A stretch of DNA of 64,000 bases from the human T2T-CHM13v2.0 reference genome, Homo sapiens. The DNA lies in assembly GCF_009914755.1 (NCBI RefSeq), contig NC_060929.1; one strand, written 5' to 3'. Below the pieces are notes generated by a model. It saw nothing but the letters and a program-made list of their open reading frames with translations. It was not told the DNA's origin and searched no databases. The translations under genes and the position numbers were made by a program. This document shows positions 26,076-39,282 of this stretch, piece after piece; positions within the stretch are counted from its first letter, which is position 1, and every line of letters starts with the position of its first letter.

Positions 26076-29000
26076 CAGGCTTCCTCTCACCCCCTCCAGG
26101 GAAAAGAAAGACATTCCTCTCCAGTGACTTAAGGTTTGAGCTGTTATTGCCTCTCCTCCCACTTTCCCGTCTTTGAAAACCAGCATAAGGGGCATCACTT
26201 ACATGAAGAATTGTCTGACTCTCTGGAAGATGTGAATGTCTCTCTTCTTTGAATTCCCATAACATCATTTAATTGGTGAGTTGATCATACACATCTATTT
26301 TATGTATTGCCTCCCCTAAATTATCCTTTCGAAAATACACAATTTCTTCTTAAACTTTTTTTCATTATGACTTCTAGATAAATCAACCAGAAAAATTCAT
26401 AAATATAGTAAGCACAATAGTGCATAAATATATGCACACATAAATGACTTCACCTAAAATCTCAGCTAATGGAGTTTGACATGTTTGGTTATTCACTGAT
26501 TTAAAGATAAAATTAACTATCTGAATTTATGACCATAATTTAATTGATTTTTAGTGAAAAATTCTGATGATGGTTAATAAACTTACATAGCTCTCTCTAG
26601 TTCACTGTACCAGTGTTTTAACTTCTGTAAAAGCCTTCCTCAAAACAATCCTTTCTCTCTTTAGACGACCCCATTTTCATGATAAATTTTATTTTTCGAT
26701 AGCTTCGTGTGTCATTTTGTACATGTAATGAATTTTCCTTTGTAAAATGGAGGTATTATTATAGAAATTTGACAAAACATTAGATTCTTGCTACATTCAG
26801 AATGTATTTAAAAAAACAAGATTTCTATGAGGTTGAGTGTGTATTTTGAGAAAATACTTCCTAGGTAAAAGTCTATTCTTACTAAATCTACCACTAAAAT
26901 GACTCCATGTACCCATAAGTGACTATTGGAACATTGGTCCGAATTGCATATCATTACAATGCTTTTATTCAATTGTAAAGCCCTATATAGAATTAAGCTC
27001 TAACTGACGAAAATTGGAAAAAAAATAGTCAAATAAGGTTTTTAGAATTAAGCGCAAAGACTATGATATATCATGGTTGCATATACTAATAAACAAGGAA
27101 ATCGTTTTAGAGGAAACTAGCAAATCAGTCAGCAATGTGATAAACTATCATAAGCATAAAGCATTCCAGCCAACATTCTTGGCAAAGACACTAAAAGAGG
27201 AGATGGAATGATGTTGTCCTAGCTCCTCAGAAAAATCTTTACAAGACTGGAGACCTATTATAACAAAACCATTCAAATAAAAGTAGTATTTGATGATTTA
27301 GTTCATGCTACTATACTCTCTGGAATCTAAAACATCATTAATTCAACCTGTTCGCTTAATTCCGGTGTTTTGGGATAAATATAAAAATCCGTAACTCAGA
27401 AATATTACAACATATACAGCAAACCAACGTGCCACAGATTGGCAATGCTACCTACTCAGGGTGGCAGGAAGTCATGAACAAGAGTATCTCACTGAATGTT
27501 CCTTACAGACCTGTGGGATGTCATTCAAACTCCACAGACTACCCAGGGCATATGCATGAGTGGGCAGAACAGGCACTGGGGAGGGGACACTTGAACAGAG
27601 ATAAAACTACCACTCATAACATGACAGCAACAGCAAAGCCTGCTGGATAAAAGGGATCTCACTTAATACCCCCCAGCCCTTTGAGGACACGAGACACGGA
27701 GAAGTGTCCTAAATGGCCTGGTTAGTAAGGGTAAAGTGAGATTGAACATAGGCTGTTGGACTCCAGAGAGCCAGGCTGTGATTCCACACCTGGAAGGAGC
27801 TATGCTCTGAGAACTTAGGAAGTTATTTTAGTTCCCTTTTTTCCTTGACCAATTATGACCAAAGACACAATCTGCTTGACACACACAGATTGCGACTCTA
27901 CTTGTCATGGTGCCTGTGAAGGTGTTGGCTTTGACATTTCTTGTCCCATGACTGCTCTTATTCAATATGCAAGCCTCTTTAGTTCCATCCCGGTGATGCC
28001 ACAGGAGTTGGCGTAGTTGTTGGGACCGGAGATTCTGAGCTAGAAATCATGTTCACGTAGACCCCATGGTTTCCAAGGAGTTAATCTCTGTGACAGCAGG
28101 CAGGAGACACCCCAGAGTGGAGTGGGCATATTGGGGTTCACGGCTTGACTGCTGCTGTGCAGTGGAGGTTCTGCCCTAGGGCCCTGACATGCGTCCTTGG
28201 CCTTTGCACAGTTGAGAAGGAGAGCTGTCCACAGGTCTCGTGCAATGTTTGGACACAACTTTAAGCAAAAGGGGAACTTGCTATTATCTTCTGCCTTGGA
28301 GACAGATATGTGTTAAAATGTTTGCAGATATTATTTCATTAGTTGAAAAATTGAGGGCAGAACACAAACAAAATCTTGAAGTTTGGCTCAATCCCTTTGG
28401 CGTATTTATACTGATTAAACAAACCAGATAACTTGAAAATGCCTTCGCCTGTCATATTTGTATATACAATCTAATTTCTTGAGAAGCATAAAAGTCTATG
28501 TATTGTGATAATGATTTTGTGGGTAAAAAGGTGTATCTGATGGTAAGAAATGTTTACAATAGCTTAGTTAATCATCTGTTGAAAGCTATAAGATTTATGG
28601 TATTTTCTTTTGTAAAGAATTTGCTTGAATTTAAAAATGCAACTTTGTCAAGTGACCAATTAATATAATCATTTAACAAAGCTAGAGGGAAGTCTTTAGC
28701 ATTTTGTGTGGTCCTGTCCTCCACGCAAGAGAGGAAAAGAAGAGCTTTGGCATAAAAGCCAATTAAAGGGGGAAAAGAATTAGAGGGGAAAAAAATCATT
28801 CAGGACCAAAAATGTTTAGTCTGGATACTAATGTGCAGGCTCTGTAGTGCCCAAGAACATGTGGCTTCTCCAAGACAATACATCTTAATAACAGCCCTCG
28901 CACCATCTATGGGACACATCATGTGAGAATATATATTTTTGTATTTATGGGAAGCGATAATCATCATTTCAGATTTTAACATGATGGCATGACAAGGGTG

Positions 29001-29459
29001 ACAGGAGATAAATGATGAAGAGGAAAATCCACATAGGTATAGGCATGTGTGGATCCAGCAGAAATAAAGGTCCTCCATGGGCCTCCACCCACAGGGATTC
29101 TGCAGGATATCCTGCCAAGCGACTCAGTGCAACAGTCACGTCCTCCCTCAGTGTCCTTCTGCCCATGTGTGCACTGGCTTCAAGGGAAGAGAAAACCGTT
29201 CTCAGAGAGTAGCGAATGGCGGAGGCTATCAGCTCCTTTCCAGTTGGTCACTGGTGTGTTAGGTAAGGCACATGTTTTAACAGGCTTCATAAATAACTTG
29301 GGTAATATACTGACACCGGGTTTGGGCTTTTCTTAAACATCTTTTTTATACATGCATGTCATACTGCAACTTGGGTTTTCAAGTAAGAATTTGCTCTAAT
29401 CTTTAATTCCTCTTGTCTTTTCCTCTACAGTGAGAAAAAGCATTTAAATGGTGGAATGC

Positions 29460-30559
29460 CATTGCTTTTGGCATCTTTGTCATGAAATCTTTGCCCATCC
29501 GTATATCTTGAAATTGACAAACAGGATCTAATTAAACTAAAGAGCTTCTGCACAGTAGAAGAAACTATCAACAGAATAAGCAGACAACCCACAAAATAAG
29601 AGAAAATTTTTGCAAGCTATGCATCTGACAAAGGTCTAATATCCAGCATCTTTAAGAAACTTAAGCATATTTACAAAAAAAAAAAAACAAACATCTCCTT
29701 AATATGTGGATAAAGGACATGAACAGACACTTTTCAAAAGAAGACATACATGTGGGCAATGAACAGATGAATAAAAAATTCAGCATCACTGATCATTAAA
29801 GAATTGCAAAACAAAACCACAATGAGATACAATCTCACACCAGTCCGAATGGCTATTAAAAAGTCAAGACATAATAAATGCTGCTGAGGTTGCAGAGAAA
29901 AAGGAACACTTATACACTGTGGTTGGAGTGTAAATTAGTTCAACCATTGTGGAAAACAGTGTGGTGATTCTTCAAACACCTAAAAACAGAGTTATTTGAC
30001 ACAGCAATCCCATTATTGTGTATATACCTAAAGGAATACAAATCATTCCATTACAAAGACACATGCACACATATATTAATTGCAGCACTATTCACAATAG
30101 TAGAGACATAGAATCAACCTAAATGCCCATCAATGATAGACTAGATAAAGAAAATGCGATACATATGCACCATGGAATACAACGCAGCCATAAAAAGAAC
30201 AAGGTCATATCTTTGCAGAAACGTGGATGGAGCTGGAGGCCATTATCCTTAGCAAACTAATGCAGGAACAGAAGCCCCAACACCACATGTTCTTACTTAT
30301 AAGTGGGAGCTGAACATTGAGAACACATGGACACATGGCAGGGAACATCACACACTGGGACCTGTCAGAGGGTGGGAAATGGAAGGAGGGGGAGAATCAG
30401 GGTGAATAGCTAGTGGATGCTGGGATTAATACCTGGGTTATGGGATGAACCATGCAGCGAACCACCATGTCACACATTTACCTATGTAACAAACCTGCAC
30501 ATCCTCCACATGTATCCCCAAACATAAAAGTTGGGGGAAAAAAAAACATAAAAATAAAT
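29460..30559 (+). mobile_element. 5'-truncated L1PA (PA10-13-like) with 5' inversion (29460-29512)
   Basis: Antisense ORF2 piece cattgcttttggcatctttgtcatgaaatctttgcccat, then sense attgacaaacaggatctaattaaactaaagagc through the 3' UTR; TSD aaatggt(g/a)gaatgc at 29446-29459 and 30560-30573. Confidence 0.93.
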
Positions 30560-31625
30560 AAATGGTAGAATGCACACCGAAACGCAGATGTACCTGAGAG
30601 GTGAAGGAAATGGTGACCCATGACCCAAGACAGAGTGAATGATGTCACAGATGCTGAACAAATGCCAATTGTGAGCCAGGTATGGAGCTGCTGCCCCATA
30701 AACCAGCTCATCTCTCCAGATGACCCCTGCAGGAGATTGCAACACAATACCACAGTGAGGAAAGCCAGATGTTGCCCACATCCCCCTCGGAGAAACCCGC
30801 CAGGGGCATGTTGGGACGTTGGGAGTGTGAGCCCTGGAGACAGTGTTGTGGCAGGGATCCAGGTTCTCCCAGCTGCCGGCCACAGGGCTCTGCCCAGGTA
30901 GCTTAATGCCTCTTCCCCTCAATGTCCTCATCTGTATAGTGGGACTGGCAATAGAGCGTTTGGTGGGGTCTCCATGGGAGGAAAGTACACGTGCACAGGG
31001 CTTACCCAGCATAGCTCTAGCTCATGAAAATCAGTCAGGTATCAACACCCTGATCTGGGAGGGAGAAAGGGAAGGGATGCTTCCAGAAACACTTGAAGCC
31101 TGAGCTGGCTGGTCTTAAGAGATGAGCAGGCCTGAATCTGTGCAGCGTGGGGGTTGGCCAGAGGGTCCTTGGAAAGCCATGCTCCAGTCACCTGTGGGTC
31201 AAAGGATGTGCAGTGCTCCTCCTCTGCTGGGCCCAGGTTGAGGGTGGGCGTGGTGGGTGAGGCTGAGATGCAGGCAGGAACCCCAAAGCCACCTTCCCTG
31301 TCCCATATCCAACCACAGCCAGTATGGCCAGATGTTTACACATGAGACAAAACCCCCTTTGCACCAGCAATAACTTCACGAAGTTTAAGGTGGTAGTTTT
31401 ATTTCTGGTGCCCATTACTTGAGGATAAGAGGTAATAGTAAGTGATCCCCATCAATCCAGTAACACTGTAAGATAACTTGGTGATGAGCTAACTACCAAG
31501 GTATCTATATATGCCTTGGCACAGTGTGTGCATGTGTTTGTGTATGTTGGGGTGGGGTGATGAGAGCCAGAATGCACGTGTGTGTGCATCCGTGTGTGTA
31601 TGTGCATGCCTTATGTGAATGCAGC

Positions 31626-31735
31626 TTATTTTATTTTTTATTTTTATTTTGTGTATTTATTTTTTGAGACAGGATCTCACTCTTTTGCCAAGGCTGGAGA
31701 GCAGTGGCATTATCTTGGCTCATTGCAACCTCAAC
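31626..31735 (-). mobile_element. AluJ 3' fragment
   Basis: T-rich tail then gagacaggatctcactcttttgccaaggctggagagcagtggc...cattgcaacctc; stops abruptly. Confidence 0.8.
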
Positions 31736-33277
31736 CAATGGGCTGATTTTGCCCACTTTTGCAGAGAGAATGGAGTAGCCCATTTTTGCAGAGAGATTGG
31801 AGGTCAAGTTTTCAATTACCATCCACCCCTTTGATAGAAACTGCAGTTTTGTTGTGCCTGTTATGGAACTGGAAAAATAAAAAAAAGAAAGGAAGAGAAC
31901 CTAAGATATCACTTTTTAAGGTATTACTTAATTGGAGGTAGTGCATTTTACACATTTCTGATGGTTTAGGCTAAACCATTTGTGTAAAGCACCAAGACAG
32001 GCTCCATAGCTGGGCACCATGGGTCTGCATCCACTCTCAGGGATAAGGTTCATGGTGACAGGCTTATTGATCAGTCTGTTTATGTTCTGTAAGGCAAACC
32101 TATGCCTGATTCAACAGGTTTAACATGATAAACACTATCACAGCTCTATGAGTTCTTAGTAAGCTGAGAGAATACAATCTACAAAATTATTTTAGAACAG
32201 CACAGACCATTTTCCTACCTAAATTGATAACTCCAGCCACAGCAAAGCCAATGCACCACCATAAGCAAAATAATTTCTCTCCTACTGCTGATTGGACCAT
32301 CTCCTGCATCTGGGATGTCCTTGTCCACTGGAAAAAAGTTATGGAAGATGCTGAAGGTGTGAGGATTCCACATGCAGATTCCTGGGATCTTTGCTGCAGG
32401 GTACCACATCACCGCCCCCTACGTGTTGCGTTTTTAAAACTCTCTTAGAGAGTGTTTACTTCTCACATCACAGATTTCTTCTCTAACTCCAAAGACTTTT
32501 ACACTGTAATTCAATTTCTCAACCCTATCCAATTTCCAGGGTAAAGAGGAACAGAAAAAATGTCAGGGGAATTATTTACTCATTATATCCAATATTTGCT
32601 GTCTAGTTGATATTCAGTGTTCTTCAGGAATTCCTTCCAGGTCACTACAGGCAAAAGAAAATGTTCACCCTTTTCTCTCCTGTGGCAACAATTTGAAAGT
32701 ATCTTTATCGTAATACACAATACTCTGCAGTGTCACCCGCGCTGACTTCTGCCTCCCTAAGAAGATTTTCAGCTGCCAGACAGCAGAGAATCTGTTTTAT
32801 CTGCTGTGTATTCTATTTAGCTTTACAAAAGTCCTAAAATATGATGAGGTCAGTCTACGTTTGTAGAATGTTGGCCACTAATTTTCTCATTCCATCAAAT
32901 TAAGCGACTGCCTAGTAATCACATAATGTTTAAATATTTCTCTGAACAGTTACACACTGATTTTTCGTATTACTCATGTCCAAATGTGTTGGGCAGGAAT
33001 GTCTTCTCAAGCCCAATTTGAATAAAAAAAAAAGGTCTCAGACACTTCTCTCCTTGGCACCAGGTCAAGTTTGCTGTCTGAGCACTCCACGGCTGCTTTT
33101 GATAGGCGACAAAAGGTTTTGAATTTCAGCCGTTTAAACGTTTTCAACTGTTTTCTTGGTATTAATAAGTGAAAGTTTCCTCCCATGGTTAAAATAAAAA
33201 GAGTGTGACTTTCTGAATTCCCTGAGCTGAAGCTTGCACTGCACATCAGCCCTGCCTCGGGAAGGCTGTCCTGCTGA

Positions 33278-33683
<406 letters not shown>

Positions 33684-33832
33684 ACCTTCATTTCTTCTTA
33701 ATTCGGTTATGTACATTGACGTCGGCTGTTTTTCTAAGCCTCCCTCCCGTTCTACTTCCCCTCCTCCTTTCTCCCCTTACTTTTTGTTCCCTTCTTTATC
33801 TTGTTAGGGTCATATTATTTTATTTTCTTTGT

Positions 33833-34335
33833 CAGCTTTATTAAGGTTTAATTGACATAAAAATTGTATGTATTTATGATGTATAACATGATGTTTTGAA
33901 ATATATATACCTTAGGAAATGATCGAATCAAGCTAATTAACATATTCATGACTTAATACTTAATCATTTTTTGTGTGTGTGATGAGAACACTTAAGGTAC
34001 CGTCTCTTCGCAATGTTCAAGTATATGTTATTATTCACATGGTCACCCGGGTACGTGATGGATCTCCAGAACGGATTCCACCCATCTCTCTGAAGCCCAC
34101 TGCCCTTTGACCTGCATCTTCTCAATGCCACCTCGCCCTCCTGCCCTGATGACCACTGCCTACTTCCTACTTCTTTGAGCCTGACTTTTTTAGAGTCCAC
34201 CCATGAGTGAGAACATGCAGTATTTGTCTTTTGGGCCTGGCTTATTTCACATAACCTGATGTCCCCAGGTTCATTCATGTTGTCACAAAGGGCAGGATTT
34301 CCTTCTTCTTAAGGCTGAATAATGTTTCATTGTAC
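33833..34335 (-). mobile_element. L1MA-type 3' end
   Basis: cagctttattaagg..taattgacataaaaattgtat...tcaagctaattaacatat...gagtgagaacatgcagtatttgtctttt. Confidence 0.85.
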
Positions 34336-34651
34336 AGGTCATCTTTTATATACTGTCTTGTAAACAGAGTTTCAAAATGGAGGGATGCTTTGTTTCAGAT
34401 TTCTAACAACTACCACCAAAACACAACTAAATTGATTTAATGGTTACTTCAAATTACTGCACCTGATGACTATGGTTTACTCTTTTATTCAATACTTAGG
34501 ATTATCCTATAAAGTCAGTGCTATTATTATACCCAATTGTCAGAAGACTGAGCATGGAGAGGTTAAATAACATGAGCAAGGACACACAGGAAGAAAGTGG
34601 CAAAGCTCTGCACAGTACATTCCTCCTGGGTGATCTCAGAAGTGATTATAA

Positions 34652-34706
34652 TAAACTGATAAGAACAGGTCCTACACCTGATCTTAGCCAAAAGACCAAC
34701 AAGGAT
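34652..34706 (-). pseudogene. 3'-truncated U2 snRNA retro-copy (U2 nt ~1-56)
   Basis: Minus strand reads ATC-CTTGTTGGTCTTTTGGCTAAGATCAGGTGTAGGACCTGTTCTTATCAGTTTA against the recalled U2 5' end ATCGCTTCTCGGCCTTTTGGCTAAGATCAAGTGTAGTATCTGTTCTTATCAGTTTA (49/56 identical). Confidence 0.9.
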
Positions 34707-37115
34707 GCCCTTTCTAACCATTCCTAGTCAACATAGTTTTGAAAGTTCTGGCCAGAGCAATCAGACAAGAGAAAGAAATAAAGGTATTCAAACAGGAAGA
34801 GAGGAAGTCAAATTGTCTGTTTTCAGATCACATAATCTTGTATCTAGAAAACCCCATCATCTCAGCCCGAAAGCTTCTTAAGCTGGTAAGCAACTTCAGC
34901 AAAGTGTCAGAATACAAAATCAATATGCAAAAATTACAAGCATTCCTGTACGTCAACAATAGAAAAGCAGAGAACCAAATCATGAATGAACTCCCATTCA
35001 CAATTGCTACAAAGAGTATCAAATACCTAGGGATACAGCTAACAAGGGAAGTGAAGGACATCTTCAAGGAGAACTACAAACTACTGCTCAAGGAAATCAG
35101 AGAGGATGCAAACAAATGGAACAACATTCCATGCTCATGGATAAGAAGAATCAATGTTGTTAAAATGGCCATACTGCTCAAAGTAATTTATAAAGTCAAT
35201 TCTATTCCCGTTAAACTAACATTTGCCTCCTTCACAGAATTAGAAAGATCTGTTTTAAAATTCATATGGAACAACAACAACAAAAAACCTGAATAGCCAA
35301 GACAGTCCTAAGCCAGAAGAACGAAGCAGAAGGCATCACACTATCAGACTTCAAACTACATACTACAAGGCTACAGTAAACAAAACAGGATGGTGCTGGT
35401 ACAAGAACAGACACATAGACAAATGGAACAGAACAGAGAACTCAGAAAGAAGAATGCACATCTACAACCATCTAATCTTTGACAAACCTGGCAAAAATAA
35501 ACAATGGGAAAAGGATTTACTATTTAATAAATGGTGCTGGGAGAACTGGCTAGCCATATGCAGAAAATTGAAACTGGACCCATTTTTCCAATTAAGGCAC
35601 ACCTGAGACTGGGTAATTTATAATGGAAAGAGGTTTAATTGACTCACGGTTCCGCATGGCTGGGGGGGCCTCAGGAAACTTACAATCATGGTAGAAGGCA
35701 CCTCTTCACAGGGTGGCAAGAGAGAGAATGAGTGACCAGCGAGTGGGGAGGCCTCTTATAAAACCATCAGCTCTTTTGAGAACTAACTCAACATCACTAG
35801 AACAGCATGGGGAAAACCACACCCATGATTCAATTATCTCCACCTGGTCCCTCCCATGACATGTGGGGATTATGGAAACTGTAATTCAAGATGAAATTTG
35901 GGTGGGGACACAGCCAAACTATATCAAAAAATAACTTACACCTTATGCAAAATTAAAAATAAAGAGTTACATGTAAAACCCAAAACTATAAAAACAGTAG
36001 AAGAAAATGTAGGCAATACCATTCAGGACATAGGAACAGGCAAAGATTTCATGATGAAGACATCAAAAGCAATTGCAACAAAAGCAAAAATTGACAAATG
36101 AGATCTGATTAAACTAAAGAGCTTCTGCACAGCAAAAGAAAGGATCATCAGAGTGAACAGACAACCTACAGTATGGGAGAAGATTTTTGCAATATATTCA
36201 TCTGATAAAGGTCTAATATCCAGAGTCTACAAGGAATTTAAACAAATTTACAAGAAAAAACAAACCACCCCATTAAAAAGTGAGCAAAGGACACAAACAG
36301 ACACTTCTCAAAAGAAGACATTTATGCAGCCAACAAACATATGAAAAAAGGTTAACATCACTGATCATTATAGAAATGCAAATCAAAACCACAAAACCAC
36401 ATCTCATGCCCATCAGAATGGCGATTATTAAAAAGTCATGAAACAACAGATGCTGGCGAGGCTTCAGAATAATAGGAATGCTTTTACACTGTTGGTGGGA
36501 AAGTAAATTATTTCAACCATTGTGGAAGACAGTGTGGTGATTCCTCAAAAACCTAGAACCAAAAATACCATTTGACCCAGCAATCCCAATACTGGATATA
36601 TACCCAAAGGAATATAAATAATTATATTATAAAGATACATGCACACGTGTATTCATTGCAGCACTATTCACAATAGCAAAGACATGGAATCTACTCAAAT
36701 GCCCACCAATGGCAGACTGGATAAAGAGAATGTGGTATATATACACCATGGAATACTATGCAGCCATAAAAAGGAAGGAGATTATGACCTTTGCAGGCAC
36801 ATGGATGGAGCTAGAAGCCATTATCCTCAGCAAACAAATGCAGGAACAGAAAACCAAACACCGCCATGTTTTCACTTATAAGCAGAAGCTGAACAGAGAG
36901 AACATATGGGCACAGGGAGGAGAACAACACACACTGAGGCCTGTTGGGGATGGGGTAGGGGGAGAGAGAGCATCAGGAAAAGTAGCTAATGCATGCTGGG
37001 CTTAATACCTAGGTGAAGGGTCGATAGGTGAAGCAGACCACCACGGCACACGTTTACCTTTGTAACAAACCTGTACATCCTGCACATGCACCCCAGAACT
37101 TAAAATAAAATTTTA
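34699..37115 (+). mobile_element. 5'-truncated L1PA (PA11-13-like): ORF2 RT domain to 3' UTR, interrupted by THE1
   Basis: ORF 34739-35296 is decayed RT ([13 protein letters not shown] vs FADDMIVYLENP; [13 protein letters not shown]); ORFs 35898-36101 and 36709-37005 continue ORF2; 3' UTR gcatcaggaaaagtagctaatgcatgc. Confidence 0.95.
35590..35926 (-). mobile_element. THE1 (C/D-like) solo LTR nested in the L1
   Basis: cctgagactgggtaatttataa..gaaagaggtttaattgactcac...gatgaaatttgggtggggacacagccaaactatatca. Confidence 0.92.
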
Positions 37116-38889
37116 TACAAAGAAAAGAGAACTTAAAATTGTATACAAAGAAAAGAGTCCCTAATAAAAGGGATTCTTCTTCCTGGGTTATCCCTTAATA
37201 TGCTGCAGACTTGCGCTTCAGGTTGTTTGGTGAGCCTCAGGTGACTTTGTGTGTGGGTGACTGGAGGTAAGAGGGTGCCGAATTCAGTAAAAAATTAAGA
37301 ATTGTTTTTCTAAATTTTTGGACACTTAATACTAGAACAGAGAGGTAATTGCTATCTGATATCCCACTATCTCTGCCATATTAATCATGCCCATTGCCAC
37401 CCTTTTCATCATAGAATTCTGCATATCATCAAGGTCATTTCCCAAACAGATGATTTTTGGAACTGAGAAAAGTTTCTCAGAAATAATGAAAGTAGAGGAC
37501 AATCTAAGTAGGTACGTGTAGCAAGCCAACCAGCAGCAACATGAGAAAAGAGAGGTTGCATTACAATGAGATGCAGAAATTCCTTATTTCAAGCCTCTTA
37601 ACCCAAGGATTTATGTTTCCTAAACTTTGGATTTGAGACCTGGTGAATTTTTTTTTTCAGGGGTGGTTATGGGAGATTAGTGCTTAGATTCTTTGAACAG
37701 ACTGGGATTTGGAGAAACCCTCCTTTTCCGCTTCTTCCTGTGCCAAATGGTTCTACCTTTGCAGGTTGCTTGCAGTTTTTAAATCACCTTCAGGTGCATT
37801 ATTTAACTTAATTTCTTTTTTTACTCGGAGAATATAAAGTACAGAAAAGTTCAAAGAATGATATAAACACCACCACTCAGAATTAATGACATTGTATCAA
37901 ACATTTTCCCAAGTGTCTTAAGAAAAAGAGATGCATTAAAATTTGAAAAACAACAAGCAACAAAAACCGGGAAAGGGAGAGCTAAGTAAAAGAAGAAAGA
38001 AACCTGATCTGTTGATAGCCTAATACGCATTTCTAAATTTCCTGTTCCCTGTTTGTCCTGATGTGGGCACTGTCTTTCTTATGTAGCCATCAGGCCAGGA
38101 TCCAGGGTCACTAGAGGCCCTGAAACGTGGTACTGGCCTTGGAGACAGACCTCGGCCTCGGCCTCCCGGCCTAGTACTCCCCTGCTCCTCCCCACTGCCA
38201 AACACTTATAAAGATCACAAGCTAAATAATTCTGAAAAGAATTGCCCCAAACATTAAACTCATTTTTTTTTTCTTCTTGCCTTGTCTTTATTCTTCAGGG
38301 GTCCTGAGTTTCCTCAATGGCATTCTAATCCATGAGTGTTCAGAGAGAGCAGGTGGGCTCCCCTACCCGGCGCCTTCCGACCGGCATCTGGAAAAGGATA
38401 GTCAGAAACGCAGTGAAAATTACGCCTGCAACCCTGGCAGGCAGGGAAGCACTTAATAACTTACGTGGGTGTCAGGGCAAGGGAGGCGTCCGCAGACCAG
38501 AGTTGTGATGGACCGTTCTCCACCATGTGATGTTCATTTTCTCCACTGAGATTAAAAAAGAAGAGGAAAGGAAAGAAGGAAAGTGCACAACCTCCTTGAA
38601 AAGACAGCTCCTCCTGCCGAAAATGTGTTGCAGACTCGGTCAGTCAGGTGGACTTAATTGGAAGGCACTTTCTTTTTGATGGAAAAAGAAGGAGAAAGAT
38701 TTGTAAAATTGAACCAATGTTAACACACTCGCATCCCACAAGGAGCTGAGTTTTGATCTGCTTCATGCTGAGAGAGCGGGAAGGAGACCAGAGTGTGTCT
38801 CAGACTTTCTAAGCTCAGCTGTAAGTTATAAAGATCCACCTACAACTTCTTGCAATTCTCACAATTACACTACATAAAATGAAAAAGAA

Positions 38890-39206
<317 letters not shown>

Positions 39207-39282
39207 AGGTGACTGTAGTGAAGAAATACATTTCCAAGTCCTCTCAAAGCCGTGATATTCTATGCAAGCAACATTCATAGAA

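Noticed and set aside
34739-35296. 185-aa reverse-transcriptase-like ORF as a functional or novel RT
   Set aside because: Ordinary decayed L1 ORF2: the catalytic FADD is mutated to FSDH, and the element is truncated, frameshifted and interrupted by THE1.
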